Shown here piece after piece: positions 1 through 29,300 of a stretch of DNA of 64,000 nt. Origin of the DNA: Nitrospirales bacterium (lineage in GTDB: Bacteria > Nitrospirota > Nitrospiria > Nitrospirales > UBA8639); NCBI GenBank assembly GCA_965203295.1, contig CBDBCZ010000013.1, positions 922,442 to 986,441 of the forward strand, given 5' to 3'. The position numbers and the translations under genes are program-made. The notes below the pieces were generated by a model, which was not told the DNA's origin, made no database searches, and saw only the letters and a program-made list of their open reading frames with translations. Each line of letters opens with the position of its first letter. Within the stretch, counting starts at the first letter, position 1.

Positions 1-830
1 ACATGAACGTACATGTAGCTGGGTTAATAATATTTCAATGAATAGACACTACCCTTGATTTAGTAGCCGCCTGCTGAGGTGTGGCCACTGTTTTGTTCTG
101 AGGTGTAGCCACACCTCAGAACAAAACAGTGGCCGCCCTCAATTAGTAGCTGCGGCTAGTGCCGAAGAATAAGCAACAAGATATCACAGCCAACGCAAGA
201 ACAGAGCAGCTATAGTCTTCGGTAGCTAACAGTTATCCGAGCTCATCTTTGTCTTCCTTGAGGTCTGTGAAGGGATCGGAGCCCGACGGAGGCTGCCAGT
301 GAATCTATATCGTCAATATCTCCACCAAAAAAAAACCTGTAATGAGAGGGCTTTTTGATAGATAAGGCACGAACGGTGATTAATCAAATGGATTTGGACT
401 GCCATTGTGCATCTCTGTGTAGCCAGCAAACCACTCAATCTAATAAATGCCGCCCTCAATCAGTGGGCGCAAAAAATCACGTGATAATTAAAATAATAAG
501 TAGCCGCAGTGTCTGATCACGGAAATACATGTACAGTGTAGTATTTCCTACATGTATGAGGCAAAGTGTCCAATATCCACAGATATTGGATTGCTTGATA
601 AACAGGCTATTTAGACAATAAACTTGGTATCGGATGGGTAGCCATTACTGAAAATTGGAATCGTCTTGCTTGTATTTGGCTTGTCCTTCAGACTCAAATA
701 AGTACAGCACAGACTTTTTCAGTATCCAGCAATATTGGATGGCTACCCATCAATTTATATTTACATCTTTCAGAAGCAAAAACTTTGTGTGTACATGTAC
801 ACACAAAGCTAGGATAAAAGTACAACATAC

Positions 831-12605
<11,775 letters not shown>

Positions 12606-12816
12606 CTTTCATGCTACGCCAAGCAGACTAGAGCAAGTGCCTGTAGCGAGAGCCTGTGGCAGCGGGGGAATCGGTGCAGCTGCAGGCTAGGCTGCCAGTT
12701 TCCACGACAACAACTAAAGAATGCTTTGGTTTTCCAAATACACGACACCGTTGCTAAGGACTTTGGAAATATTGCTCAGCCAGTAAACAAACACGTGTTC
12801 GCGATAATAGTGAAAG
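12606..12816. promoter_or_regulatory. Bidirectional promoter of WDR35 and DNAJC27 with RFX X-box-like motifs
   Basis: Only 211 bp between divergent ATGs. GTTTCCACGACAAC at 12698-12711 is one mismatch from the X-box pattern GTHNYY-AT-RRNAAC; GTTGCTAAGGAC at 12750-12761 is a second RFX-like site. Confidence 0.65.
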
Positions 12817-17459
<4,643 letters not shown>

Positions 17460-17670
17460 CAGATGGATAGTGACTAATTTTTTGACAACTTTTTTTTGCA
17501 TGGTCACTGTACTTACATGTTGCATGATCAGTACTAATAGCTATCAGCATGCATTAGCGTTATATAGCACTGATCTGCCCTTGCTGTACACCATTTTTCT
17601 ATGCCACGCCATGGCGCCAATATCCAGCATGAGCTTGAGGATCACTTTTCAAAACGGATCATCCACTTGA

Positions 17671-17740
17671 CCAATGGGATTGCTGGGATTTCCGGCCAAT
17701 CAAATTTCAGCACCCTTTAGGCGGGCTTGGTATAAAAATA
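17671..17740 (+). promoter_or_regulatory. Histone H3 promoter (CCAAT boxes and TATA box)
   Basis: CCAAT at 17671 and 17696; TATAAAA at 17731, ~85 bp upstream of the ATG. Confidence 0.7.
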
Positions 17741-17797
17741 TTTGCGCGTTCGAACGCTTCATTCAGATCAAGGTTTCAGACTCTTCGGTGTTTTTAA

Positions 17798-18226
<429 letters not shown>

Positions 18227-18258
18227 ACATCCCAGCTAACTTTCCTCCATTACTACCT

Positions 18259-18278
18259 GGCTTTTCTAAAAGCCACCA
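18259..18278 (+). terminator. Histone mRNA 3' stem-loop (SLBP site)
   Basis: GGCTTT-TCTA-AAAGCC followed by ACCA, 32 nt after the stop; 6-bp stem and 4-nt loop with U at positions 1 and 3; purine-rich CAAAAGG ~7 nt downstream is a candidate HDE. Confidence 0.9.
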
Positions 18279-19175
18279 AATCTACAAAAGGTTCACCTAT
18301 ACGGCATGCAATAGTTATTTTTTTTAAACACAACTGATTTGGGTGTGAGTGTGAACTATACAAATTGCCTAAACTAAAGTTTGTGTAGAACATAATTTGA
18401 GATACTTGTAGGATTATGCCCCCAAAATATCCAGCATACTTGGTGCCACTATAGATGAGAATTGCTAACTACAGTTCTTTAGATGAATTCTCCGCAGAAT
18501 TTGGCATATCCAGTGAACTTGCCTATTAAAGCTTGTGTAACTGGGGGTGGGGCCCCTTCACTGTGCTCCATAGTCACATCTGTAACCACCGTCAGTGGTC
18601 ATAGCAGCTTGAAAAAGCAGCATAAGCTGCTGTGAACACGCGATGGTGGCTCCATCTGTAACAATAATAGGCATGCCTTGATTTTAACTAGTCAATCCAA
18701 AATAGTTGGTCAACATTTTACAGTGGCCACTTTTCTTACCTTGTAATAAGGTACTGCATAAAAGCTACACAAACAAACAACTACTTTTGCAACATGTTTT
18801 ATGTTATCAAAGGTGATAGGAGTAGTGTGGACTGGAGCTCAGAGCGGAACTACTGTTGGTCACAAGAAAGCTCATTCCAAACACCAGATGCTCCTTTGTT
18901 GGGAGGGCATGGAGGTTGGGCACAACTAATCCCGACACCCACTGAAACAAGTGAAGGAAAGAAGTTCAACTAAGTGTGTTTTGACAGGAGGGGGAGGCTG
19001 ATATTAAACAAAGGCAGTGGGTTGGAGGGTTCAAGAGGATATGTAGCTAAAGGGTGGAGGAAGAGTATGCTTAGACCACTCATGATTAATCAATGAGCAT
19101 GAAAGCTTTGAAGCTCTAGAAGTTCTTGGTTACTGGGCACCAGGTGTTCATGTCAGTTAGATCCCTGTGTACCTA

Positions 19176-19720
19176 CCGTAGACTCGGGTTATCAGGCACA
19201 CTTCATTATGTAATTAATACACATACGCTATCAAGTGCATGCTCGCTTCTCGGCCCAAAGCCGTAAAAAAACCTCGTTAAGAGGCGCACATGTTCCAATA
19301 ATCGAAATAATGTGGGGCGGAGTGCTTCGAGCAACTTAGCACAAGAGCTAAGGAGACTGTTAGCAGCTAGCCAGCTCTCTGGGTACGTGGCCAACAATCT
19401 CTTCGTCTCGATGGATAGCTACTGCTCGCTTGTCATGGCGGTTGGTCGGCTCAGCTAGCACTGGGAACTGTTCAATAACGGGTCTCCATACTTCTTTGTA
19501 CACATGATGACCACGAACTATACAAATTGTAATTCCGTACTTGTAGTTGGCAATCTAGCTATTGTTGCCTTGCCATGAAGAACTTCAGCCTTTTGTATCA
19601 ACAGCTGTCATGACGTCATGCAATAAATAGGCGTGGTCAACCTTTAACTCCCGATATGTAGCGCATATACTTTTGCTATTGTCCCAACTAGCGCATGCGC
19701 CTGATAACACGAGTCTATGG
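19176..19720. mobile_element. TA-flanked MITE
   Basis: TA-ccgtagactcgggttatcaggc ... gcctgataacacgagtctatgg-TA. Confidence 0.8.
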
Positions 19721-20189
19721 TAACACTTTTAACCCCCACTTTAAAACCATTTACAGTAGCAGCAGTGGGAGGCCTAAGTGGGCTTTAGATCACAGCATGC
19801 ACTCCCACATCGAACTGACATAGACCACCCCAGGGAAAATCCCTCGCCCTTAGACGCGGGTGTCTATGTCGGTTAGATCCCTCTTCACTGTGATCTAACC
19901 TATACATAGACTTCTGTTTCATGCTAGTCTTGTGACCAGACCACACAAGAAGCGATGGTTTGGGAACAGTGCTATTTGAATTTTGTTCTGCCGCATCTGC
20001 AATAATGGTAAATAAAAAGTTCCCGTTCTGTTTTTGTAAAACATTCGTAGTACGGTGTAGCTGTTGCTGGAAATTACATACGTCATGTATGTATTAACGG
20101 CAGAAGAAATTTGAAGCAGCTATGTTCCCAGTCCACTCGTTTTTTTCGTGTGGGTCTGGGCACGTAACTATTTCATAATCACATCCCAT

Positions 20190-20630
20190 TTTTCTCCCTG
20201 CCCCTCCCCTTTCTGCTCTACCCCTTTCCTCCCTTTCCTACTCTGCCCCTCCCCCCTCCCTGTCCTGCTCTGCCGCTCCTCCTCCCTCCCCGTCCTGCTC
20301 TGCCGCTCCTCCCCCCTCCCTGTCCTGCTCTGCCGCTCTGCCCCTCCCTGTCCTGCTCTGCCGCTCCCCCTCCCTGTCCTGCTCTGCTGCTCCTCCCCCC
20401 TCCCTGTCCTACTCTGCCCCTCCCCCCCTCCCTGTCCTGCTCTGCCGCTCTTCCTCCCTGTCCTGCTCTGCCACTCCCCCCTCCCTGTCCTACTCTGCCC
20501 CCCCTCCCTGTCCTGTCCTACTCTGTCCCCCCTCCTCCCCCCTCCCTGTCCTGCTCTGCCCGTCCCTCCTTCCCTGACAACTCTTCCCCCCCCCTCCCTG
20601 ACTACTCTCCCGCTCCCTTCCCTATCCTAT
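20190..20630. repeat. C/T-rich minisatellite (~28-30 bp unit ccctccctgtcctgctctgccgctcct)
   Basis: Directly visible; generates the low-complexity ORF 20148-20801. Confidence 0.9.
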
Positions 20631-20679
20631 CCAGCCCTAGGCACCTACAGCCACTCTCGTGTGAGTCCTTTTCTCACCC

Positions 20680-21009
20680 ACCGCTCTGCAATCACTGAAG
20701 ATGGTGCTCATTTGGATGTTTCAATGTACAGGAGAAGATTCGAAAAGGCATTTGTCAATGTACGGGTATTTAACTCGAGCATGCGACATTCACTCCACTA
20801 GTGTCCTCTACAACAGGTGGGATGGGACGTGGTGCGACAACATTCTACAAGAGGCTTGCATCAGTAACTCTGATTGGATCCGATGCCGACTGAGCTTTGC
20901 TCTTCTCAGAGCCTCAATCATGGCCATCAGGGGAGCCAGATTATCTCGCCACCACCCAGCCACCGAGTGCCCAGTTGACCTTCAGGTTGCGGAGGGTCAC
21001 TTTGACTAA
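20680..21009 (+). mobile_element. 3' remnant of a CRE-like (restriction-like endonuclease) non-LTR retrotransposon
   Basis: Frameshifted peptides EDGAHLDV..RFEKAFVNVRVFN / TFTPLVSSTTGGMGRGATTFYKRLAS / WIRCRLSFALLRASIMAIRGAR match the C-terminal pattern of this clade as I recall it. Confidence 0.7.
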
Positions 21010-22049
21010 CTCTCTAACTTTTTTTCACATTATGTCAGTATGTGTTAGACACATACCACACTTCTATTTTCTTTTGTTTTCTACCAACATTTTCTTTTGT
21101 TTTCTACCAACATTTTCCTGCATTTTCCTGAATTGGCTAATTGGCTGCCATAAATGGCCGCCGCATGCGACGTCACGCTTTTTAAATACCAATTCTACCA
21201 GCCATGCATACTTTACCTCCTCCTCCTCCGTGGCCATAGGCCCTAGCCCTCGGCCGGTTGCATCGCGGATATATACTATAGCCGGGATGGGCTAGCTCGC
21301 GAGAGTCAGACGGACGGTTCTCTCGTGAAAGAGACTGGGACAGCAGTAAAACGAGTTCTCCTGTATTTTACTCGGAAGGCGCAGCAGTTGACGAAGCAGC
21401 TCCAAGGTCTGAGAGACGGTACGTTTTGGGATAGCGCTTCTCATCTGAGTAAATTATGAGTTGTTGTAGTAAGGGGAGGTAATACGTATACGTACTGTAT
21501 TACCTGGAATCACAACGTTACCCGTGCACTGCAGAGATGAGGTATTAAATGCGGGGCTATTCCCCGAGTTGCGCTTGACCTCCAGCTAGTCTCGTGCCCT
21601 GACGTTAATTTACTAGTAATTTGTGGCACGCCTACCATTGTGCCACGAAGGAAAAGGTTAACGGAACCGGGCACGCTCACCTACAGTAACCCACCCACAA
21701 CACAAAATGGCTACGTGCAATAATGCGCTTTGGAAGACCAGAGGCTGAAACAGGCTAGCTATAATAGTGAGCGCTTCCAAGTCTCCTGTACAGCGAAGGT
21801 AAGTGCTCATGCCGAGTTTGGTGGCTATATGTCTGGAGAAGTGGCTGGGAGGGACGATGACGAGGACGAAAAAGGTCAATGGAATCGGAGTATAGCCTCG
21901 CTTCGCTCGAAATTACCGTCTGGGCACAAACGCATACTGTGGAGTTGGGCGATGATTTTATAATTCAGTACAGGTCATTAAAGACAGCTATTTGCATAGC
22001 GCTTTTCAGTTTCGTGAAACTGGATCTATACTTCGATATCGGAAATTAT

Positions 22050-23200
22050 ATTATTACCCCCGGGGTTAAAAATTTTGCCGGAATAGCCACCATTTGAGTA
22101 GTGCCCACTCTACCAGTGTGTCTCGCAAATATGCTATTGGCGATAGGGACAAGGAGTGTGATGCTTACAAGTTGATAAGCTTACGTAAGGTACTATGCTG
22201 GCATGGCAATCATGTTTTAATGTTTCAATGCTATTGCAAAGACAGCTTTCTTACCAGTAGTCACTGAAGCAGTTGTTGGAGGGCATAGCACAGTAGCTGA
22301 CAAAAGTATAATGCTGTAACGAAGGATACTAATGCTCCCATGGCATCAGTTTACAGGGTTCTATCTACTGGGGGTGGGTGGGGGGGGGGGGGGGGGGGGG
22401 GGGGGAGTGGGAAGATTTCTCCCCCTCCAAAAAAAAAATCTGCCAGTTAAATTTACCGAATTAAATTGTAATTAACCTTCAAGTTGCCTATTTCTGTTAT
22501 TACCCCCGGGGTTAAAAAGTCTGCCGGAATAGCCACCATTTGAGTAGTGCCCATGCACTCTACCTGTGAGTCTCACAAATATGCTATTGGTGGTAGGGAC
22601 AAGGAGTGTGAGATGTTTACAAGTTGATAAGCTACGCAAGGTGCCATGCTAGCATGGCAATCATGTTTTTGCAAAGGCAGCTTTCTTACCAGTAATCACT
22701 GAAGCAGTTGTTGGAGGGCATAGCACAGTTGCTGACAAGGCATAATGCTGTCCGTCAGTTTACAGGGTTCTATCTACTGGGGGTGGGGGGGGGGGGGGGG
22801 AAGCGGGAAGATTTCTCCCCCTCCACAAAAAAAAAAAAAACTGCCAGTTAAATTTACCGAATTGAAACTTTCAAGTTGCCTATTTCTGTTATTTGCTTAC
22901 TATACTATTGTCCATGTGTGTGAGAATTAAGTAATTAAGGGGGGAAGCGGGAAGATTTCTCCCCCTCCACAAAAAAAAAACTGCCAGTTAAATTTACCGA
23001 ATTGAAACTTTCAAGTTGCCTATTTCTGTTATTTGCTTACTATACTATTGTCCATGTGTGAGAATTAAGTAATTAAGGGGGGGGGGGAAGCGGGAAGATT
23101 TCTCAAAAAAAAGCTGCCAGTTAAATTTACCGAATTAAAACTTTCAAGTTGCCTATTTCTGTTATTTGCTTACTATACTATTGTGTATGTGTGAAAATTA
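22050..23200. repeat. Tandem duplication (~450 bp x2) followed by shorter ~140-bp units with poly-G and poly-A runs
   Basis: ttattacccccggggttaaaa starts at ~22051 and ~22497; gggaagatttctc..gccagttaaatttaccgaatt occurs four times. Confidence 0.85.
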
Positions 23201-23301
23201 AGTATAGAGCTGTCCACTCAGAGGGTCCCAGGCTGGTTCACTCTCTTCATTACAACCATTCTCATGTATTCTTCTTTCCGTATTCTTACTTCCAGACCAC
23301 C

Positions 23302-26300
23302 ATGGCCGAAAGATATCAGCTGTCGGAAGAACTGCTTGAGGCTTGCGAGAGAGGCGAGTTAGGAACTGTGCAGAATCTGATTTCTAGAGGAGCCGACCCT
23401 TCATATACATGTAGGAGGTGGTGGAGTGTGACGACTGCACTACATGCGGCTGCCAGGTACGTGTGTGCTCCGCTAATGCATGCACTCCAGTTAGTTAAAC
23501 CTGTACTCTATTCAGGCATCCGATAATACCCATGGTTCATGTACAGGCATGGTTTGGATGGCTACTAAAGATAAGTACTGTACATGTATTTAGTAGCCCA
23601 TACATATGTTTCCTTTTACCAGTCTAAAATATAACGTCGCGTTTGTGTAATAATTTATTTAAAGACCAAGTGTATTTTGTATGGGGTTTATGCAGGTGGT
23701 GCCATCAGGGCGAAATATCCCCAAAAATGGACTATTGTGTCTATGTTCCTATCTTGGGGAGGAAAGGGAACCTACTTACAATTTGCATACCGTAAACTCT
23801 GATAAATAACCGGGGGCGGTTATAATTAGATTTAGCAGCCTCAATGGGCTGTTACTTTTACATGGCCGGGTATAATCACAGATCGGTTATTTTTGCAAAA
23901 CAACCATTAATAGCGTGGCAGATTTACAGAAATATCCCCTACGTTGAGATCAGCCCGGTAGATGTGGTGTCCCTTGAGGCAGGAAGCCTTCAGGCAGGCA
24001 AGTTGAATAACCTTCATAGGTACCGTAGCCTAGTCTCGCTCTCAGAGCCATCCACTAACCGTAGCTAGGGTTTTCTCGCTACACAAATTTTGACTAACGC
24101 CGACTTCTTGGTTTTCACAGTCTAATTCTCGTCGCTATTTGTGTTTCACACGTGCAAACGCTATTAATTTTACAGATTCAATTTCCTGCTTGGGCTGCAT
24201 GTGAAAATTATGGGCGGTTATGTTTACATAGACGGTTTTACACACGAGTGAACTGTTATTACAGTAAATGATCGGTTATACTTGAGGGGCGGTTACCTTT
24301 AAGGGGGCGGTTATTTATCAGAGTTTACGGTATTGTAATCTACGTATTATCCACTTATCTGCCCATGGATGGGCCACTATAGTGCAAGCTGAAAGAGGGG
24401 GGTGGGCAGATAATACGTACATGTATAAATGCAATCTAGTATCTGCCCACTCAAACACGTTCCCAACGTGCGGTATGCAAAGCAAGTACATGTATATAAA
24501 GTAATTATAGCTTTTCTAGGCAAATACCGCACTGTAGTGAATCCAAATTGTGTTGAACTAGCTCTCATAGAAGCATGCAGAAAACTATTATCAGCTAAAA
24601 AGTGAAGTGGTTAACATGCTAACCATCAGTATTCCAATTAAAGCACCCTGAAGATCACATTTTGTCACTTGATTCTGCTCGTTGTCTTACATAATGAGCT
24701 CACATGGATAATATTTAAGGGTGGGCGGATACCGAACCAGCATTGCAGTACCGAACCGGGCCGGCAAGCGGTTAAAACCACTCAGCGTTTATCTTCTTAG
24801 TGCTACTCACGTGACCTTCGACGAATCAGAAGTCTCAAAAACGATCACATGACCGCGAATTAAATCGCTTAATGCGTGCATTATCTAGGTAACGCACACT
24901 TTCTAAATAACGCCCAACAGATCTGTGGCTGTCTCAGGTCAGTGATGAGCACTAAATACTTTAGACACCAGTTGGCAGTGATTACGGGTTTGAATTAGTG
25001 CGCTCGGACAATTAAGTAACGATCTCGGGCGGATAATGCACTCACCTTCGGCTCGTGCATTATCCGCCCTCGACCGTTACTTAATTGTCCTCGCGCACTA
25101 ATTAAATCCCGTAATCACTGTAAACTGGTATATAAATATTACTTAGTGATACTTCTGCTTCTTCAGCCATGATGATAAAAGCACGGTATTGCACTTGCAG
25201 CATAGCGTTTCAAAGGAATTAAACTGGTTGGGCAGTGATTCACTGGCACTCTCGAGCGGCCACTGTCACATTTCCATGCCATTTTGTTATGGAGATTTGC
25301 TAGTGTTGTTTTAGTACAGTCATTGAGCATGGTTATTGGTTATTGTGGCAATTATATATCACAATATTAGAAATTTATAGTATTAGTTTTTAATTAAAGA
25401 TTGGTTTATGGGCTATTATAGTTTTGATTATAATTTGCCACCCTCAGAAATGTTTTGGTTATAGTTACAAGTAATGTTTTTCTTACAGTATTTAGTAACC
25501 ATTACAGATTGGATTCTGACTGTATTATAAAGTTCCAACCAAACAGTAGTACAAAGTAGTACAAACAGATTATACAATTAACACCATGGACAAAACAAAC
25601 AGTAGTACAGAGTACCACAAACTACTTGTAGTCTAGTACTAGTGCAAACAAGTTACGCAACACCATGTCAACAGCATTACAGAGTTCAATACACTCCCAA
25701 GTGTAAAGAATTTTGGGAAATGTAATTAAATAAATAAATAAATAATTCACAGCGACACTCGTGGCCTCTGCAGATAAACCAACCTTCTTTTAGTGATATA
25801 TGGATTATTTCTAGGAAAAATACCTCTGGCAAAGTTCTGCAGTCTCTTCATTGCTGAGATATCGGTGAGAATTCTTCTATCGCTTTTCGAGTGGCAGCCA
25901 TTTTAACGTTAACTCTCGCAATGAAAATTATGCGAGTAAGAGCGTGCGCGCGTGGTAATTGGCAAATAAACATGCAGTGGAACTAGTTGCATGGTTACTA
26001 CTGCTTAGCCCTTGGATAGTCCTAAACTGGAGTTCAATGGTATGTAGTCCTGTAAGTGTAATTACATGAAAACAATCCAGCCTACAACTAACTGCTAGAC
26101 AAAGCCTAGCCCTGACGATGTGCATTAAATAGGGTCAGGGCTCTCAGTGCCGTTTCAACGGTGCCCCTTGTGGCTAGCTTGGGTGTTTCTGTGCACAGAT
26201 AGCTATAGGCTACAGTAACAGTGCCATAGTATTGCTCACCACTACAGAGCAATACATGTTGGGCACAACCAGTCTATACCAGCAAAGGCCATTGCATACT

Positions 26301-29300
26301 TTGTCACAAGTCATGCTATCTCTTGCTTGTGGTTTGTGGGGAGATGGCTCCTGCTTTGCAGAGCAGCTAACTATTGTCTCAGCTGCATGCTGTTGGTCTA
26401 GCTTTAGTGCAGCTACCCTGTATCCATGTGAGGCATGGTCTATCACCCATCCCGTTGTTGCACTGGCATCCATCTCACGAGAAGGCCACCATCATTCTTG
26501 GTCCCATGATTTAATGTGAAATATAAAAAAATAGCAGTGAATATCATTCCTCTTTATATCCAGTGTATTCCTTCTGGTTAACACCGCCAATGTACTGCCC
26601 CCTACACTTAAAAAGAATCGCACTCTCTTGCCGCATATAGCATACTTCTCTGTCTTAGTGCACCCATCGGAATAGGTGCTTTCAATTGCTGAGATAGCTG
26701 TATACGGATGGTAGAGCAGGGAAATCAGCTTTCCTGCTTCCGGTATAGCAGCCATGTCTCATGCACCAGAGAATATACATTCTCGAGTCTTCCTCATGCA
26801 TGTACAGGGAAACTTGCAGGGAAACTTGGGAACATGGCTAACATAAAATGGTAATAGCTATATACATGTAGTACGTAGTTGCAGCTACATAGCCATGCAG
26901 AACCTAGAGAAAAAGATTTGGGTAGCACAAGTGTAATATGTATGTGGTTTGCATTCCCCTAAGAATTTAGTAATATACACTTGTTTCTCCGTTCACCCAT
27001 ATCAATGATCACTTGCATCTCTGTTCACCCGAAGTCTTTACACTTGGGAGTGTGGTTAGTTCTCAAACCAAGTCAAAGATATTGTTTATTCTTTCGAAGT
27101 AGTATTTCCCGCTTAAGATTCTTGTCTGACAAACGGTTTCGTTTACCCGTTGTCGCTTCTCCAGCAGTGAAAAAAGTGCGTTCAATGTTGTTGATGTTGA
27201 TGACGTGGGAATGATCAAAGTGTCAAAGGCAAGTGCAGAGAGGAGTGGGTAGACCTGTTCATTCTCGATCCAGAAGAAAACAGGATCTACCTTTTCACCT
27301 AATGTAGTGGTAGTACTGAAGTAGCGATTTATTTCTTCCTCCTTAGGTGGAAAGCCTGGATGCTTGCTAATTTTTTGCTTAATTCGTTCCTCAATCAAGC
27401 CTGAAAGAAGACGGAATCGTTTTTTAGGTGGTTCTCCTTCCGTGAGATTCTCCTCCATAGAAACTGATGCTGCCGGAGATCCAGTTGAGCTGGAACTCGG
27501 ACTCTGAGTCGGTGATTGCTGTCTCATTTCCTTGAGTTGACTTACAAGTGCAGCTCTAGCAAAAGCTATCTGTTCGGCATCCAGCACTACTTGGTACCGT
27601 GGATCAAGGGCAGTTGCTACAAGGGAAGTGGGTTCATAACCATCAGCTTTGGGATTAAGGATCCTGTCGAACCGCCTCTTCATTTCAGTTTCCAGGGAGT
27701 TTCCAGGAGGGTCACTGCTCCTACCAGTCCTCACTGACTCTTCATTTCGTGCAGATGCAATTCTATTTCCATGATAGCAGGAACAACAACAGACAAAGTG
27801 GTATACTCCTCTCCACCCAGTAGTGTGGTGTACCGAGCAAATGGCTGGAGCAGATCACGCATGCTTTCCAACAGCTTCCACTCACTTGTGGCCAAATTGT
27901 CCCACTCCAGCTCTTCTAACACCTGTGTCAATGCCACCCGTACTTCAAGCATTCGTGTGATGAGTAGGTACGTGGAGCTCCATCGGGTTGGACAATCACC
28001 GACAAGCTTTTTCCCACACAAAGTGTTCAATTTCTCTGTGGCTTTAGTTGACTTGTTCACTTTTTTACCACTTTATGTGCTGCCTTCAGCACTTTCCTGA
28101 AACTCTTTACTTCGTCAAATCGACGGACTACAAGTTGCAGAGTATGCGAGAAACAACTCAATCGTTTGAATATTGGCCTGAATTCAACCTCATGATCAAA
28201 TTCCCTGCTCTCAAAATCTTCTATTTCAGCTTCAGTAGGGGCTTCATATTCTTCATCGTCAATGTCTCCTCCATTGGCATTCTCACTGTCTTCAGATTCA
28301 GTTTCCTCAGATGCCTCAAAGTGCTGTCGAAACAAAGCGACCATATTGCTGCCATTATCGGTAAGTACGGCAGACACCTTGCCCAACGGAACCTCCCATT
28401 CACCCAACACCTCCTGAATGACTGCACGAATGTTCTCAGTGGTGTGAGGAGATGGCATTCTTCTGACTGCTAAAGTGACACGATGGCGAAGGTGCTCTTT
28501 CGGTGGAAAGAAATGAGCCGTGACTCCCAGATAGGAAGATGACATGCCTTTCTTCGTCCATATATCAACACAGATGCTGACTTTGCGTGCATCTTCCAAT
28601 GAAGTGGCGATTTTGGCCTTCATGTCAATTAGGAGCCTATCAATTTCTTTAGATATGGCTGTTCGGCCAGGAACAGAGTAGCATGGGTCAGCTGTAGTAA
28701 GAAGATCGCAGAATTCCGGGCTTCGCACGATACTATTTGGGACATTTGTGCTTCCCACAAAGATCGCTAACTTTCTAGTGATCTCTTTATACCGTGGACT
28801 CTCTGTAGCATTTTTTTTTTGACGTAGTGTTTGCTCCAACGTCAGTTGCTGCCTACCATGTTTACTTGAGCTCTTGAAAGAGCCCGGAATGTTTGGAGAT
28901 ACGGATAGCTTCTTCTTCTTCTTCTTCTCCCTTTCCTCTTCTTTCGCTAGAAATTCCGTGTAAAGTCTTGGATGCTCTTTCTTTAAGTGCTGCTTGAGAT
29001 TTGTTGGGTACTTACCGGCCAGGGAATGGGCACACTTCTCTTCAACTGCATCACTGCCAGTCTCCTTTTTAACATCAACCTGGCAAGTACTCTTACCGGT
29101 AGATTGATCGAACACAAGGTAGTCCCACACGGGGCTCTGCTTTGGGCGACCACTGCTTCGCGCCGATGACGTCGACAACGACGGAGATAAAGGGGGACTT
29201 GAAGATAGTCTCAACGGCGATGGTCCTGAGGCCATGTCTTGCTCAAAGGACTAGCAAACGTAAGCAGCAAACACGATTGAAGCAGATAACTAAACACATT

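Noticed and set aside
20148..20801. 217-aa Pro/Leu/Cys-rich ORF
   Set aside because: Translation of a C/T minisatellite running into a retrotransposon remnant.
21498..21647. U1- or U7-like snRNA (ttacctgg; aatttgtgg followed by a hairpin)
   Set aside because: No U1 stem-loop I/II sequences, and the Sm-like site does not match the U7 form; likely chance.
23547..23600. Possible second ankyrin exon (cag|GCATGGT.., RHG..)
   Set aside because: Stop codon after six codons and no TPLH-like motif or donor.
28040..28075. Programmed -1 frameshift in the hAT transposase at AAAAAAG
   Set aside because: The gene has three further inactivating lesions, so simple decay explains it.
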